From assembly GCA_965285935.1 (NCBI GenBank), contig OZ260664.1, positions 47,616,001-47,680,000 of the forward strand: 64,000 bases of DNA, given 5' to 3'. Under the pieces are notes generated by a model. That model searched no databases. It had not been told where the DNA came from and was given only the letters and a program-made list of their open reading frames with translations. The translations under genes were made by a program, and so were the position numbers. This stretch comes from Ophelia neglecta (Eukaryota). Of the stretch, positions 13,761-28,279 are shown piece after piece. How positions within the stretch are numbered: the first letter of the stretch is position 1; every line of letters begins with the position of its first letter.

Positions 13761-14867
13761 TCATGCTTATACAGGCCAGTGCTTCTTAGCCAGGCTCGGC
13801 CAGACAGGGGTTGGATTATTGAGCACCAGCTTAAACATTAATTCTTGTTCCAAATGCAGTTTCGAAAATTTGGAAATACCATTTTAGTCTATTGAATCAG
13901 TTAAGATAGGCCTATGTTGAGTTGTCCTATAAGCTGATGTAGGTCATTTAAGGAAACTTGTTGCACTATTTTACAAGGGAAAGCAGGGTCTAAAATTCCT
14001 ATACCACCCAATCAGCGGGTTTACGGCTAATAATACCCTATATGAACTCATCATACAGCATTCGAGCAGGGTTATCTCGTTTCAGCCAGCAGCTGGAATA
14101 CCTTCAGGATCATGAACTCTGGCTCTGATCAGCTGCTGTGCTAATTATCTGGCTCACTCACTCTTTAGGCTGTCCTAGCCTATTAAATACAGATTGCTAA
14201 TACCTAGGGCACTCGCAGAGGGAGCAATAGTCCCGACATTGCTCCGGGAATTATGCTATTAGTAGGAATCTTACGGCCACAAACATTTCCTGGTTAGCTC
14301 ATATACGTTTATCCAGGTTTATCCACTTGTCTGTAATAACAATTTAATTTTGGACAGGCCAAGTACATGCCCAGGCAGTTAAGCATCTTGCCACATTGAT
14401 AAAGTCGTGCGAGGGTCATACACATGGTCAAATTGGCCACTCGTATAAAACAGGCTTCCATGTATCAAACTGTATACCCATTCAATCTTTTTACATCTCG
14501 TTATGTGGCTAACAGTATCATTACCTTTAATCGGGTACTACACGTAGGTAATATTCAGGCACTATTAAATATTTTGTCGCATAGATTTGCGAGATTACCA
14601 TGAAAGTTGATCTTGACCAAAGACCCCGAAATTGTCACGGCACAGCCAATCCGAGTGCACATTGCCTTCGCTTGGAGGGGAGGGCGTTCAGTGTACGTTT
14701 TGGAATTTAATGTGAGTATTCAGTTTGCCAATGTAAGTAATGATGTTCAACGTAAATATAAACTAGTAAAGACCACAATGGTATATATAAAGACCACAAT
14801 GGTATATTTATATAAGATGTTAGTGATATAATACTGGACCTCTAGTAGTTAAAGATAACGAGGGGGG

Positions 14868-14920
14868 TAAGGGTTTTGTGATTCATTATTTATGACCAGC
14901 GGAGGGGGGGGGGGGCTGGC
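14868..14920 (+). repeat. Terminus of a dispersed TTAA-type MITE family (related copy in opposite orientation at 55216-55265)
   Basis: taaggg...ttcattatttatgaccag...poly-G here matches the reverse complement of 55216-55265 (ttaagggagtgtttattatttatgcccagg...poly-G). Confidence 0.5.
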
Positions 14921-17900
14921 CAGCCACGCCTTATAGGACTGTTTTCTCATTCTTGAATATGCAGTACTAACATAGATGAAACTAACTTATATTTAAAAAA
15001 ATTCTTTTATGCTGATTTACGGGAGGTAGAGGTGACCAAGGAACTATTTTTGACTCATATACTGTTGACTCGAATGGATCAGTGCGCAGTTGTGTGCTGT
15101 GAAGAAATGTCATCCCACATTATTAGGGCCACATTAAGACTTATTGGTCTCATTGTTTCTCACTTATTTATGCGATTCTATAATGCTGAATAAAAATTGA
15201 ACCAGATGTAGCATTTGTTGTTGCATCTAGTAGAAGGTTTACTGGGAAATATTGAGATTGACTGCTCAACAATAAAGACAATTCTTTGTCTTTATTGTCA
15301 ATTCAACTAAAGATACCTGTGAGCATGCCCGTCTGTTTTTACTGCAACGAAGACTTGTTCGTTCTACTAAATATGTTTCATCAACTTTTGGAGTGCTTGT
15401 TTAACCAACAAAGCAACTAATAGAAGCTTGTTTAAGCAACAAATGTCCCATTTGTTAATCGGACGCGTACACCGAAACCTAATGTGGTTTAGTCATTTGA
15501 ATAAATATCTTTTTACAGTAAGTGGATAACTTAATAAAATTCAAGTTTACCTCCGCGTGGATAAAAGAAAAAAAACAGACGAATGCAAAAAATTAACCAT
15601 ACAAGTAACCATACAACCATACAACCGTACAGTAACCTGTACATGCGGATACAGCATGCTATGACCCTGTACCAAACTTTATTTACCTCAGAATGATCTA
15701 TCGTTCCAGTGTGCACCTAGCAACTCATAAAATGTCCCTGCCCAGGAAAATGAGCCTCCGCGTGGCAGTGTTTATCTGCCGCCCTCCACATTTTCCCATT
15801 GACGCTTGATGTATATTTTCCCAAGTATCATTTTCTAGGTTAAAAAAATGAGCAAATATTTAGTTTTTCCCAATAGTAGCAGATCAAGGGAAAAATTATG
15901 CCAATCCCTGTATGCAGAATGCCTTGCTTGGTTACAGCCTTGGGTTTGGTAGTAGTTTCCATTCTACTCTTCTGCACCTGTAACACCAATTGCTAATATT
16001 GACAAATCAAGCTCCGTTTTGTAAGAGTGGTTGCTATAGGTGGTTTTTGGTACAAACAACTGGCAGTGGATGTTTCAGCCGATCGTGTTTCGTTCACGAC
16101 TTATCAACTGATGGCGTAGTGCCGCTTTGAAGCAGACGAAACAGACAGTCGATGGAAACAGCAAAAAAAAAATAACAAAACTGTAGGCGTTACTGTTTAC
16201 ACATGGCAGAAGTGGAGCGCCACTTGTGCTACCTAAGGGAATCGGTTTTAGGTAGTAGAATGGGGTTATTAAAACTTATATTTTGGCAGGATATCTGGTT
16301 GGAAAAATGCCCTATCATACTAAGATATGTAGGTCACATAGGCCTACAAATCATAGGCGCCTTTTACAAACTTGTCAGTATTAGAGATGGGTTGTTTCCT
16401 TTTGATATGACAATTGCATAAAACCACGTTCGGTGTCAAGCATGAAGTGAATGGGATTTCGTGGTTTGGCGTACCGTGGTATTTTGCTCATAACAATATC
16501 AGTTACAGCGTAAAGCCGGTCTTAAAACGAGACAGTCGTAAGGATATAGTGTCCCACTATTTGAAAAAATCTAATTCATTTTAAATCGGGCAGAATGATA
16601 TCAAACGTTAGCCCATATTTATCCCGGAAATTGCCAGTGCGCACGATCGATGTGCAGCAGCATGACTTTCAGTATCGGAAGTTAATACACATACTCAGTA
16701 AATGTCTTTGCTTCACGTCTTGTGGTTCTCCTACCAAGAGAAGAGACAAGTATTTGACAAGGAAAGGAAGGTCGTTTGTTTGTTCTGATCCTGTGTAGGT
16801 AGATATAAGTTCACTTGTCGCATAAGAACATGGTTTTGTTTTCATTTTATTTTAGACCAATCACAGTGCAGCACAACCGCACAAGTACAAGTTCCGGCCA
16901 AGAAACCATTGCTGTTGGCCGGTTTCGCCTCCGATAGCATCATTAAATTGTTCCGACCATCAGTAAACATGGTGATTTGGGAAAATGATGATCGAAATTC
17001 CAAAAAATATCTTTTCGTTCATTTCATATACACACAATATTCTCGAACGGGTAATTAGTGTTGTTTCTCTCTCTGATTGAGTAGAGGTCCTGTTTGCAGA
17101 CGAATTTCTGTTGTTTACCTGGCCTCTTCGTGACGTTATATTGAGAGCCACCAATCCATCATATAACCTTTCTAACACTTCCACAGCTTTGAAAGATCGC
17201 TTACTAAAAACATGTGTTTCTAGTCAGTCACCTGGTCATTTTGGTGTCTGCATTGGCCACCTTTATAGTTCAGGTCGCCTTATCGACCGATTAACGAAGG
17301 CATATTTAAAATATGCAACTGCATATTTAAGATAAGCCACTGGCATGGTTTATAAACATTTAAAGGGATGTAAACGTTGGCATATAAATTTTATTTTGAC
17401 CATTTCATCGAAAGCCAGTGTGCTTTTCTGCGGCCCTACACTCATTGATCCGGCCACAAAACTACCGAATCATGAAAACCTTCTTCCCAAGGGACACATC
17501 AACACACGGAACTATTCGCTGAAAAGGCAAAGGCCACAGGATGCATAGGAAAGCCTTCAAGGCCGATCAGGCGTATCAAACAGGCGACTCACATGCTCAG
17601 CATTGGGGGCAGGACGATTGTTTTGTTGGCATGAAAAATAACAAGATACACATAGTGGTCTTTTGTCGCGAAAACAAACTCGTCAGTGTAAATTATTATT
17701 TAATTGAAGGTTATGCGCACACGAATATCGTAAAATAATTGGGGCTCTTGACATATCGTGGCTTGGGTAACTCCCAGATTCCTCAACTGGAATTGTTGGT
17801 AGGCAGAAACCTAGTTTTGAATAAAGTTGCTTTTCCAGTGACATGAACATGATGAATTGTGATTTGTCTGGACAACCAATAATCACTTTAGAAAGGTAGA

Positions 17901-20900
17901 CCAGCGTCTTTTACTTCCTCTACTTTTACGTTCTTAATAGGCTTATTTGACTCGATACTTGATAGTATTGATTTACTGAGGGAGGCTAAGGGTATAACTG
18001 ACAAGCTACAATCAGAACTACATATGGAGCAATCTAAGTTAAAATACCTCTACATTGTTGCCGGTGCACGACTGACAAGTGTAAATGATTTTTTGGTAGA
18101 TGCCCGGCTGTTATGTCCCACAGGTTATAGACCCCGGGACGAGATATACCAGTATTTTGGGACAGGCGGGCATTATAAACCAGGATTTAGCATTAAGAAT
18201 TTGTTCAAAGAAAAACAATTAATATAAGACCAAAATATTTTCATAACCCAAAATCTCTGAGCAATGTTCATTTTTAGCAATAATGAATATTTCTATTAAA
18301 TATTTTTAAAAAAAGGCAGTTTTGACTGCCAGGACTTTGTTTTCACTTGCATTTCTGGCCTTTATTCCGTTGTGTCCGGGCCCATATTTTCGTTGGGCCT
18401 GTTTTAAGCCTCCCGAGCGAATGTCTTTTTTAAGAAACTTGTTTAATCACGTCGTCTAATAAAATAGTACAGTATAAAGCTTGTCAATTGAACTGTGGGA
18501 TATTCTGTCAATATGTATCACATATGGACACTGTCCGTTTTCTGACAGGGACTAGACTGTAGATAACAACCCGTTCTGTCTCGTTTGTCGCATGCTTAGG
18601 ATGTATGGAAGATATAACCATGTTCAGCCTGTGTAACTATCAGTCTAACTCTTTAATCTGGCGAACTAACAAGACTTCTGGTTTTACAAAGTACATGTAT
18701 ATGTTCACATCTTTGCCGGGGTTTGACAAAACTAGGCCATTGATTGTATAGACACCTTAGGGCAAATATGGTAGATTTGCCATTAGTTTTCAGTATCTAC
18801 TGATAAATCTGGTAATAAGAACCGTAATTATTTTAAGTCAACTTTTTCTTTGATCTATAAGAGCGGGAATGGATACCCGGTAAACACAATTGACTATTCT
18901 TTAACATGTTTAGTCAATTAAACCGGTTGACCAGGGACCCGCAGCCACGGGACCACACACATCAATAAATAAGCCTCCAACTCCCAAAGAGATTTAACAT
19001 TAAACTGGGCACTTTTCCGCAATATATAAAAAGGACGAAGGGCGTCATCTCTTAGCGATAAAACCCCTACTCGTTTCTGGGGCAATAGCTTGGTGTTTGG
19101 CAGGAATGTCCCCTGAGTATGTAGTTCCGATGCATTCGTGTTTGGCTATTTGCCTAAACATTCATCAATATGCTAAACATACCGACAGACGTTAGGTTTC
19201 CATCACCTGCACTGGTAGGCACCTTGTCAGGAACAAGTGTTATTTCCGGAGCGAGCAAGTTGTTGATTTGTTCTGGAAGGTCTCTGGAAAAATGCGAAGG
19301 TCTCTGGATTAATAGGAATGTCTTCAGACTTCTGTACGATAATCTTATTCCGATTTTACAAATCCTCGCTGTTTTGGGCGATGAAATGGTGGTAATTCCA
19401 GACGTTTTAAAAGAAACTGTTTAGCCATTATCTTGCACTTATGGGTGGGTCTCGTCAGGCGTTAAAAGACATGTCTGGCCAAGAGGTCACACGCAATTAT
19501 TTGCGTGGGCAGAAATGCAGATTGAGAGTCTTTAAAGTAAGACTTAATTGTCTACACCCCGCAATTCCACTAATTCGCTGTGAATTATAGTAGCCACAGC
19601 ATCATAATGGTGTTGTTCATCTTAGTAAACCTTACCGTGTATTGCTGTTTTAGCTTGTGACACTATACACGAATTCCCCCGGCGCAAAACAAAATGGCAA
19701 ACAAACTGTTTTTGAGGAGGGAGGGAGGGGGTGTGTGTGTGTGGGGGGGGGGGGGGGGGTTCATAAATTGTTTCTCTCATTGTTATGAAACACATTGTTT
19801 GTTTCAGACTTTTCTCATATTATCAGCATTGTAAATTTCCCATATTTTACTTGGCTTGAATTACTGTATCCTTGCTTTAGGTGGGTTCACTTAAAGCATA
19901 AACTAAATATAAGATACCCTGTAAAAGAAAACGGTTCGTATAATCACACTCAGCAAGTTTAAAGCACAATCATAACTCATCTTAAAAAAGTGAAACGTTT
20001 GAAAATATTGGACAGATAGAAACTAATGTTTTTTTTTAAATTTCATTACAAGTAAACCATGGATTTATTGCCAGACAACGTCAAAAATTGTTCAGGTACT
20101 TTAACTTAGATAACCACGCCCGTAATTCCGAAGAATTTCACAATTTGGCGTAGATCAGACTAAACATAGTCGATAAATGTTGTTTTGTGCCTAAAATATA
20201 CGTAACACTCTATAATGTGTCCGAATATATCAAAAGCAGAGTTTGGAAGACATGGTTTTTGCCATTTTATCAGAAAAAGGCAAAGCCAGGTTATTCTTGC
20301 TACCTAAAAACCTGCATTTAAAATAACCCAAATATTCTTCTATATAGTTCTATTCCTGATTTGAATGTTCAAAAAATGCAATGAAGGCTGATCTGTTGGC
20401 CAGAGTGTTTGTGATCATCAGACTGTATAATTGTTATACTTTTATTTTGCAGCATTATGTTGTTATTATTGTATTGAATATAAATTAGTGTTAATGAGCA
20501 CACTAGTTTGGTACAAATGAGTGCAAAAAAGTAGGAACAATTCAACCAGAAGCCCGTTCACACTATATTATGATTCTAGTGACTGGAACACATATATAAG
20601 CATAGAAATTAATACAAAAAGATATGCTTGGGCAACCGATATTTATAATCTGCCCTTGAAGAAAATGGAAATGAAGCATTGCTTTCTGCTCATTTGAGGG
20701 TGTTTGCTCTCAGTATTCAGAGGCTCAAAAACAGGCAACTGTTAATCATGAATAAAATGTTAGTCCAGAAAGGTGGCATATAAATTATAGCCATCTGCTT
20801 AATTACTAAAATGTCTTCTTTATCGTCGGTTGCCATGGAGTCTCAATTGCTAACCATAATTTGAAGCACCGGAAAGCCCGGCTATATAATCTTCAAGGTA

Positions 20901-23900
20901 GAAAGCAATGCCATACTTGAATACCAATCTATTTCTTTGAGTAAAGCCACCATTTAGCTTTGATAAAACTCAATTATATTTTATCCATTTGAAATGAATG
21001 ACGATGACACATCCTCAATGTTACATATGAGTATCTGAAACCTGCCTAAGTAACTTAACAAACTTGAAGCATATATTAAAGTACAATATTTGAATTTTCT
21101 GCGTAATGCCTCTTTGATACTTGGCACAATGTATTCCCCACTAGCTAAATCTAACCTAATTCATTAAGATTTACGATACCAAAGCGTTTACTATTTCAAA
21201 TTCTCGCCTCTACACGATGATATTGCGTATAGAACTTTGAGAGCATTTTAAAGGCTGGTTAAAGCATCCTAATTCACTGTATAGTATAGATACCGGGTAC
21301 ATTGTCTGCTGTTTTGCTATATGTGCTTTTTTTTTGGGGGGGGGGGGGGCATTTTGTGTTTTGTGCATTCTTATTGCACTGCAATCCCGGACTGCAATGT
21401 TTACTACTTACTCTGAGACAAGTAAACACTATAAGCTTCTTCCCCAATTGCCTTGCGGATTCCACTTCTTTCATAAATTAAAACCTTCAGTGATTTGATT
21501 CTACAATATATTCATTCTACTGTTGTGAGACCATTCATAGTACATGATCGTATGCTATCTTAATTTATATTTCTGTTAATCATTACAACGTCTACTTGTA
21601 CATTAGCCGTGGGAATAAATATTTATAAAGATACACTTATCAATTAACTGAAACATAGCATTAGTATTAATTAAACATTTTATTCTCTGAAGTCTGTTGG
21701 TGCTCTGACAAAGGCATTAAATCAGCTTTTTCTAAAACACGTTAGCACATAGAATATATGGTTTAAGGGGCGCTTTCCTCCGGTTCCGCAGTTTCTGTCA
21801 AACAACTTGGTAAAATCCTTCACTAACCGCTAGTTTATCCATTTTAGTGTTCCATTGCAGCAATCTGTTGTACGTTTACCTGGCAAACAAAACTAGTTTA
21901 ACATTACATGAATCCTTTTCTTTCGACCAAAAGCTGAAGATCGGACCACACCATTCATTCTAAAATGTTTATACTTTGCTAACGCCTAGGTATTACTAGA
22001 TAGAGAATGACCGACAAGAAAGAGAACCACACTCGCTGGTTCATCTAGATAAACCTCTCTCCTCTTATCCCCTGGAATATGTTAGTAAGTAGAGAGGCAC
22101 CTTTACCATCTGCCCCTACCACAGACTATACACTGAGGGTGAACTAAATGCTTGAAGATGCTTTCTAGGAGCATAAACAAATGGTCATTTAATGGGACAG
22201 TAAGCCTCCGAGTCATTTCTCTATGCAAAATGCAATCGAGCAATCTGTAAGTTGATTATCAGATAAGCTACATGTATGAAATGAAGGCCAGAAAAACTTT
22301 GTGTTGAACGTTATGACTAGACTTATAAATAATATATTTTTTGTTTTTTTGGAGTAGCTATTACTATTCGAATTCTATGTGAGTTTTCCGTCGTTCTTTG
22401 AACACGTAAACGGATATGCCTATAAAATTTTAGGATTGTCTGAATCACCTTGTTTGTTTGTTTTTACAAAGAAATAAATAATATATTGTGCAACAGAGAC
22501 GTAAAGAGTTCAGGCGGTATATCTCTGCACACGCAAAAAACGAAATATGAAAAGACAGTTTCATTGTATTGTAAATAATAACACGAGTGTATTTATTTAT
22601 ATATATATTGACATATTGATACATTGATATACAGATGCATTAATATATATATATATTCCATAAAAAGCATCATAAATACTCAAACATACTCTTATCAAAC
22701 AAGTTAACTTTATCACCGAATTCTCCGCAATGTCACGAAGAAATGATTCGTCTGGCTATCATATTGTAACCAAAAAATATATTCCTCAACTCGTTCTGGT
22801 TAAATGCTTAGATGTGTGGTGCTGCATCTTTTGTTGTAAAGCCCGAGGGTTGCCCAGAACGTATCTATTATCTACTTCATGCACCAGGCCCATACAATTA
22901 GACTCTGAATGAGAGAATTAGTGATCATTTAAAACCTCTCCGGTCTTTCCTTTAGTCTTTATTCTGGTGCGATGAAGGATGTCTCTGTTGACTGCTCTGT
23001 CAACCGACAAGAGTATGTTATTGATGTCAAGTTCCATTTGACGATTACAGGAACACATTATGACGGATTAGTTTAGAAAATCATTTGAGTCTGAATTCTG
23101 TGGTTAATAGCCGAAAATAATCGGGCTAAAGAGGTGCGCTGAGGCTTTACACCGACTTCTTGGGCTGCTTGGTTGTTAATTGTCCATCATTGTCGTAGGA
23201 GGAGGATGCTATTTGAATTGTCCACCCGTGTCACCAAGTCAATCAGTAAAACTATTGATTTTCTATGTATCCCTACTATCGTAGTGTTTCTCCCATGCAC
23301 AAGGCTCTGGCCTTCACATTGTCTGCTACTATTCTTGGAACCCCAATACCCACGAATTATCGCGGAGTTTACAGTTGATAAAGTCTAAAGGTAAGCATAT
23401 CCTTCCGCTGTTTCTTGTATTGATTCTTTATGTGAGAATTCCAAGTCATTTTAGCTTTCGCCAAACAGTATTCATCGGGGCTTACTTACAGAAAGGTCAC
23501 TTTGCTTAGGGGTAACGTCTGATTCAAAAGAACTGGATCAGCGAATTGAAAAGAAATAGTAACTGTTTTGGAAGTGGAGTTCTACAAGCAAGCAAAGGGC
23601 GATAGAGAAGGGCTTGTAATATTTACACACTTTGCCAGTGAGCTCACATGGCCCCTACATATTGACATGCCCTCGTCTTAAAGGTTATAGCCCACGTCAC
23701 TGGAATGAATTTGATTAGGTAAAACCTATTTTGGGGAGTTTATCAACTTTTTATTGTGCCTTTATTGATATATATATATTCTTGTGTCTATAAAACATTG
23801 ATAACATCTTGAAAGAACGAATCAGTGTTTGTTATAATAAGGTAGAAACTTGTTCCAGCTCTTGGTTAAGATTGCCACACAGAGACACCTGTTTGTATCC

Positions 23901-26900
23901 ACATCCATCACAAATCTGCATTATTAATTTATCAACTGAAAACCACATGAATTGTGCCTGTGTTTGATATTAATTTACACTAACTTGACATGGGGTAAAG
24001 TTTTTGTCTACTTGATACTTTTCCAATCGTTGACTCACAGGAGCTTATCTCAATCCAATTGCGCTAATATACATTTTGAGGGGTTTGGCCGCTTCGTAAG
24101 TGCAAGGAAGATAATAGATAATTTCAGGAAAGCTATTTATTTTTCTTGTCTTGGTGGGAGTTCCATTGAAACTCTACTTATGATCGCCAATAAAAAACAC
24201 ACACAAAGTGTAATCTTCGTAACACGGCATTAATTTATCTCCTTCATGTAAGAGAAACGCATTGTTTTTTAACATTAAAATCTGGGAATTTGCATTGCCA
24301 AGAAAAATGTGTCTGATCATCCACTGACAGGTACTCGTGGGGTGTACCATTTATATTGAATTCGCTTATCGCTTTACATACGCACTTAGTTTCCTTAGAA
24401 AACCTACTATTTGTCCCAACTCGTAGCTAGTCATATTACGTCCTATAAGATAAAAGATTGCTTTTATTTATTTATTAAAAATAGTTATTCACATCCCCAC
24501 CCTTTATATGGTTTCCTCTTACACAAAAAGCCAGCATTTAAAGACATACAATGGGAAACTCTATTGATGCAGATTACCAATACAACCTTAAACTCTCCAT
24601 TTTATTAAACAGAACCCAATCACAGCATTCAGATTATGTCACTACTTTGTATCTTAATTTGCTCGGACCATACGTTTTAGGTCTATTATTGTGGTGTAAA
24701 GAATCCATGCATAATTAATATGACAAATAAGCTATTTGATAATGATGGGGCCTTATCTTATATTTGTATATATTTCTTGATTTTTCTAGATGATTATTGG
24801 TTATGAAGTACGAATTCATCGTAGAGTTGAAACTCATTTAATTAGCGCAGTAACTTACAAGATCGTATATGACTATATGAGAGGTTGATAAAAGCAGAAC
24901 CCACAGTGACTTATCCTGAAAAACTGTTGCAGCTGGTACAAATTGTGCAGCATTCATCTGACACTAAATGGTTATGTGCATTTGACGTGCACAGTTCTGT
25001 TTTTTATTGCTCGTAGTCCATTAAACTGTGTGTATGATGTGGGTATATTAAATTGTAGATACCAATTGAGATATATGTCTTGAAGAAACCTAGTATAAAT
25101 ATTTTACTGTGTATTAAGGACAAACCTCTGCAAATATTAGGGAACAAAATAGAAATCATAGTTTACCTGATGAGGTGCATTACTAGTATAAAAGATTCTA
25201 TGTATAACGAGAATACTCTGCATGGCAGTAAGGGCTAGTTAGGACCCATGTCCAATGATTCATCGCTCAGTTCATAAAGCCGTTTAGAAATCCAATTTGA
25301 CACATCGTCCTGGGTGTTGTCACCAATGACAACTAAACAGGAAATTTATTAAATGGGTATCTTAACTACCGCCAACATCTCCTTAATGAGCATACAATTA
25401 GCTGTGCTGGTAATTTGGTATCAAAACATTGAACACTTTGTCTATAGAATAATAGTTTACTACTACCACCCTAGTGAGTCAAAATGGTCATTTTTACCTT
25501 TGATTGGTTTCTAGCATTTAAGGCCTTCCCCCCAGAATGCATCGGATGCAAGCCAGCTTCAGAGATATGTCTAGACACTCTGAAACTGGGAGTACCAGAC
25601 CACTATACAGTCACAAAAAGTTAGTTCAGCCTAGCCCTATCATTTCCCCTATGCACACATGAGAACTATGTATTCTGACACAGTCTTATTCGTTCCAGCA
25701 TGGTTTATCGCCACGTACTTGATTATAAGAAATCAGAATGTTCATGCTATCACAAATTTTTATATGAATAAATATGGTATCTTAATATATCGACATATCG
25801 TTGTGTTTGAAATACGTACAAGGCAATAGTCCCCATTGATCATGTTTGTGTGAACGTCATTCGATAAGCGACCGATTAGACACTTAACGTGGTAACAACC
25901 TCAGATTAATTCATTTAACAGTTGACATCCATTTATTTGTTCTTATGAGGAAAATATACGCAAATTCAACATTGCGGTTCTGCAGAACCCTTTAGCCTCT
26001 CATCCAGTTTCGAGTGTGTTGGCACACATGTTCATCCTCTTTATTCTACTATCGTGCCATTGTTGATCTCTTCTTTAAATGAAATCTTATATTTGTCGTG
26101 TGCTTTTGAGAAGACGGTGGTTCCCGAAACAACGATGATATTTCAAAAGCTAATTATTCATAAATAAATTTGTTTTGACTGCCAAGTGTCCATTTATGTT
26201 TTTTAAAACTAACCTTCGTCACAAACTGTGCCCTCCGATGAGACTGTTGTCTGCAAGAACTGTTTCCTTCGTTAAACATTGGTACCTCTTTACTCCCACA
26301 TATCTACCGCTACACCCACCAAAGCAGCTCCGCAACTGTCTGCCAATGGGAGCACATAAAAACCGGTGGTGGAAACTCCGCAGACAAACCAAAAACGTAG
26401 ATCAATAATGGCCTACTACAAACGGTCCGAATGCGACACTTCATAGTTAACTGTCTTTCATCTTTACGTTGTTTTACGGGTTAACATTTTGATGAATTCA
26501 TCTAGAATGCAATCTCATCGGATTTTATTCACCGACAATTAGCGCAGAAGTGTCCCATTTTAGTACTGACTATCCTAGACGTGCATTATTATATTTTCAA
26601 AGCTGTGTTCTTGTCACCTTTACTTGTCTGAATCTTACTAAAGAGAAATGAACAATAAATTCCAAAAATTTGGATAAGTAGACATTTTGAACTCGAAAAT
26701 ATATTCATTTTTGGCCAGTTTGCACCTTATAAACACTGGGGACCGTTCCATCGAACGGAGTATGATTTATTGATGTATACACTTTAAATTTAGTATTGAA
26801 TAAAAAAACTGTATTTATGTCATAATAGAATTTATGCTAAAAGTTTTAAAGTAATGAAATGATATTTTCAAATATATAATCACTATGAGCCAAGTGTTTC

Positions 26901-28279
26901 ATTACAGAATGAATGTTTCATTTGACGTTGTAACCTTTGTTACCATTCAGCAGATCTGTACGAACATGTGCCTGCATCGCTTTTGCGGTTGTTATTTGCT
27001 ATGGATGTATACTATAGTGCTATCTTTAAACTGCTGCAGCTGCAAACATAATAACACAAATACATCCTCCAAGGGATACAATGCCTAGAGTAAACGCACT
27101 GTTCGTTTGTAGCCTAAAACTATGAGCAATATAATACTGTGTTTATAAACTGCTTAGCGTGCGGAATATTTATTGAGCATCAGTTTGCACAATTCTTAGT
27201 TTGAAGCGACATCCTATGATCCCCTGTTTGTTAGGATGTTAAAAAGTGGGAAGTATGGTTCTCTTAGATTCCGTCGATCCCTGATCATGCAATGCACATT
27301 CGAATACCACACTGTTCCTAGGCTAACCTTACTACATTTAATACGCTATCTGTTAAAATGATGTTCAGGTGTTTAATATGTATCAGAGATTAGGACTGCG
27401 CCAAAATGAACCGCGAGGAACCGGAAATTTAAACATCTGCCCAATCTGCCTTTAGTCAGTCTGCCAAGGGCAACACAAAGCAAGTCGATTGATGGTTCAT
27501 CACCTAAGGATCATACATCACGCAATTTCTTCTAAACTCAAATAATGTGCCCAGTAAAGCTGGCGGGAGGGGGAAGGGTACAGATAATATCTGTTTCTCC
27601 CAAGTCACATTGCTTATAAATATGCACGTCGTTTTTTTCCATGTAGTTTTCGAACTTACAGCAGTAATAAGAATAGAAAGGGAAATCTGACATGCTAACT
27701 TACCGTACGTAGTGAGATTTCAAACAATTTGTATTGGAATTTCTGTTTTTTCATCTGAGGCCAGAACCGAGGTTAATGACTTTAGAAGCATATATCAACA
27801 TTTTAGCGCACTCAAAGTGAATGGGTTTCATAACACTCTCGGGCTAACAAGCTTGGTAATAAAAGAAGCAATTTGTGTTTTTCATTAAATAGGTCTTATA
27901 GGAAGGTTCTTAAATAATTATTTATCATGTATTTCTTCTGCCTGGGCAAAAACTGTAAAAAAAAAGAAAACAATATAGACCTTAGTTTTTTTAGATAGAT
28001 ATAAATATCTGGAACTATTGACCCTTTGGTTCTTGTAGTTATTTTTGATACGAAAGGATCTGATAGGATGTGCCATTTGTAACACATGCTTTAAGTACAA
28101 TGCCCTGGCGGTAATATTATGCAGTAAACTTCAATATTCCAATATGCTTGTATCCGAGGAGTATTTTTCTACCGTTTTTCTCGAAATTTCCTGCACTATT
28201 TTATTTTATCTTCATATCAGATCAGAAAATTTTACCTCGTTCACAATGTTTTATGTAACCAAATAATTGCGCCGTCCTC

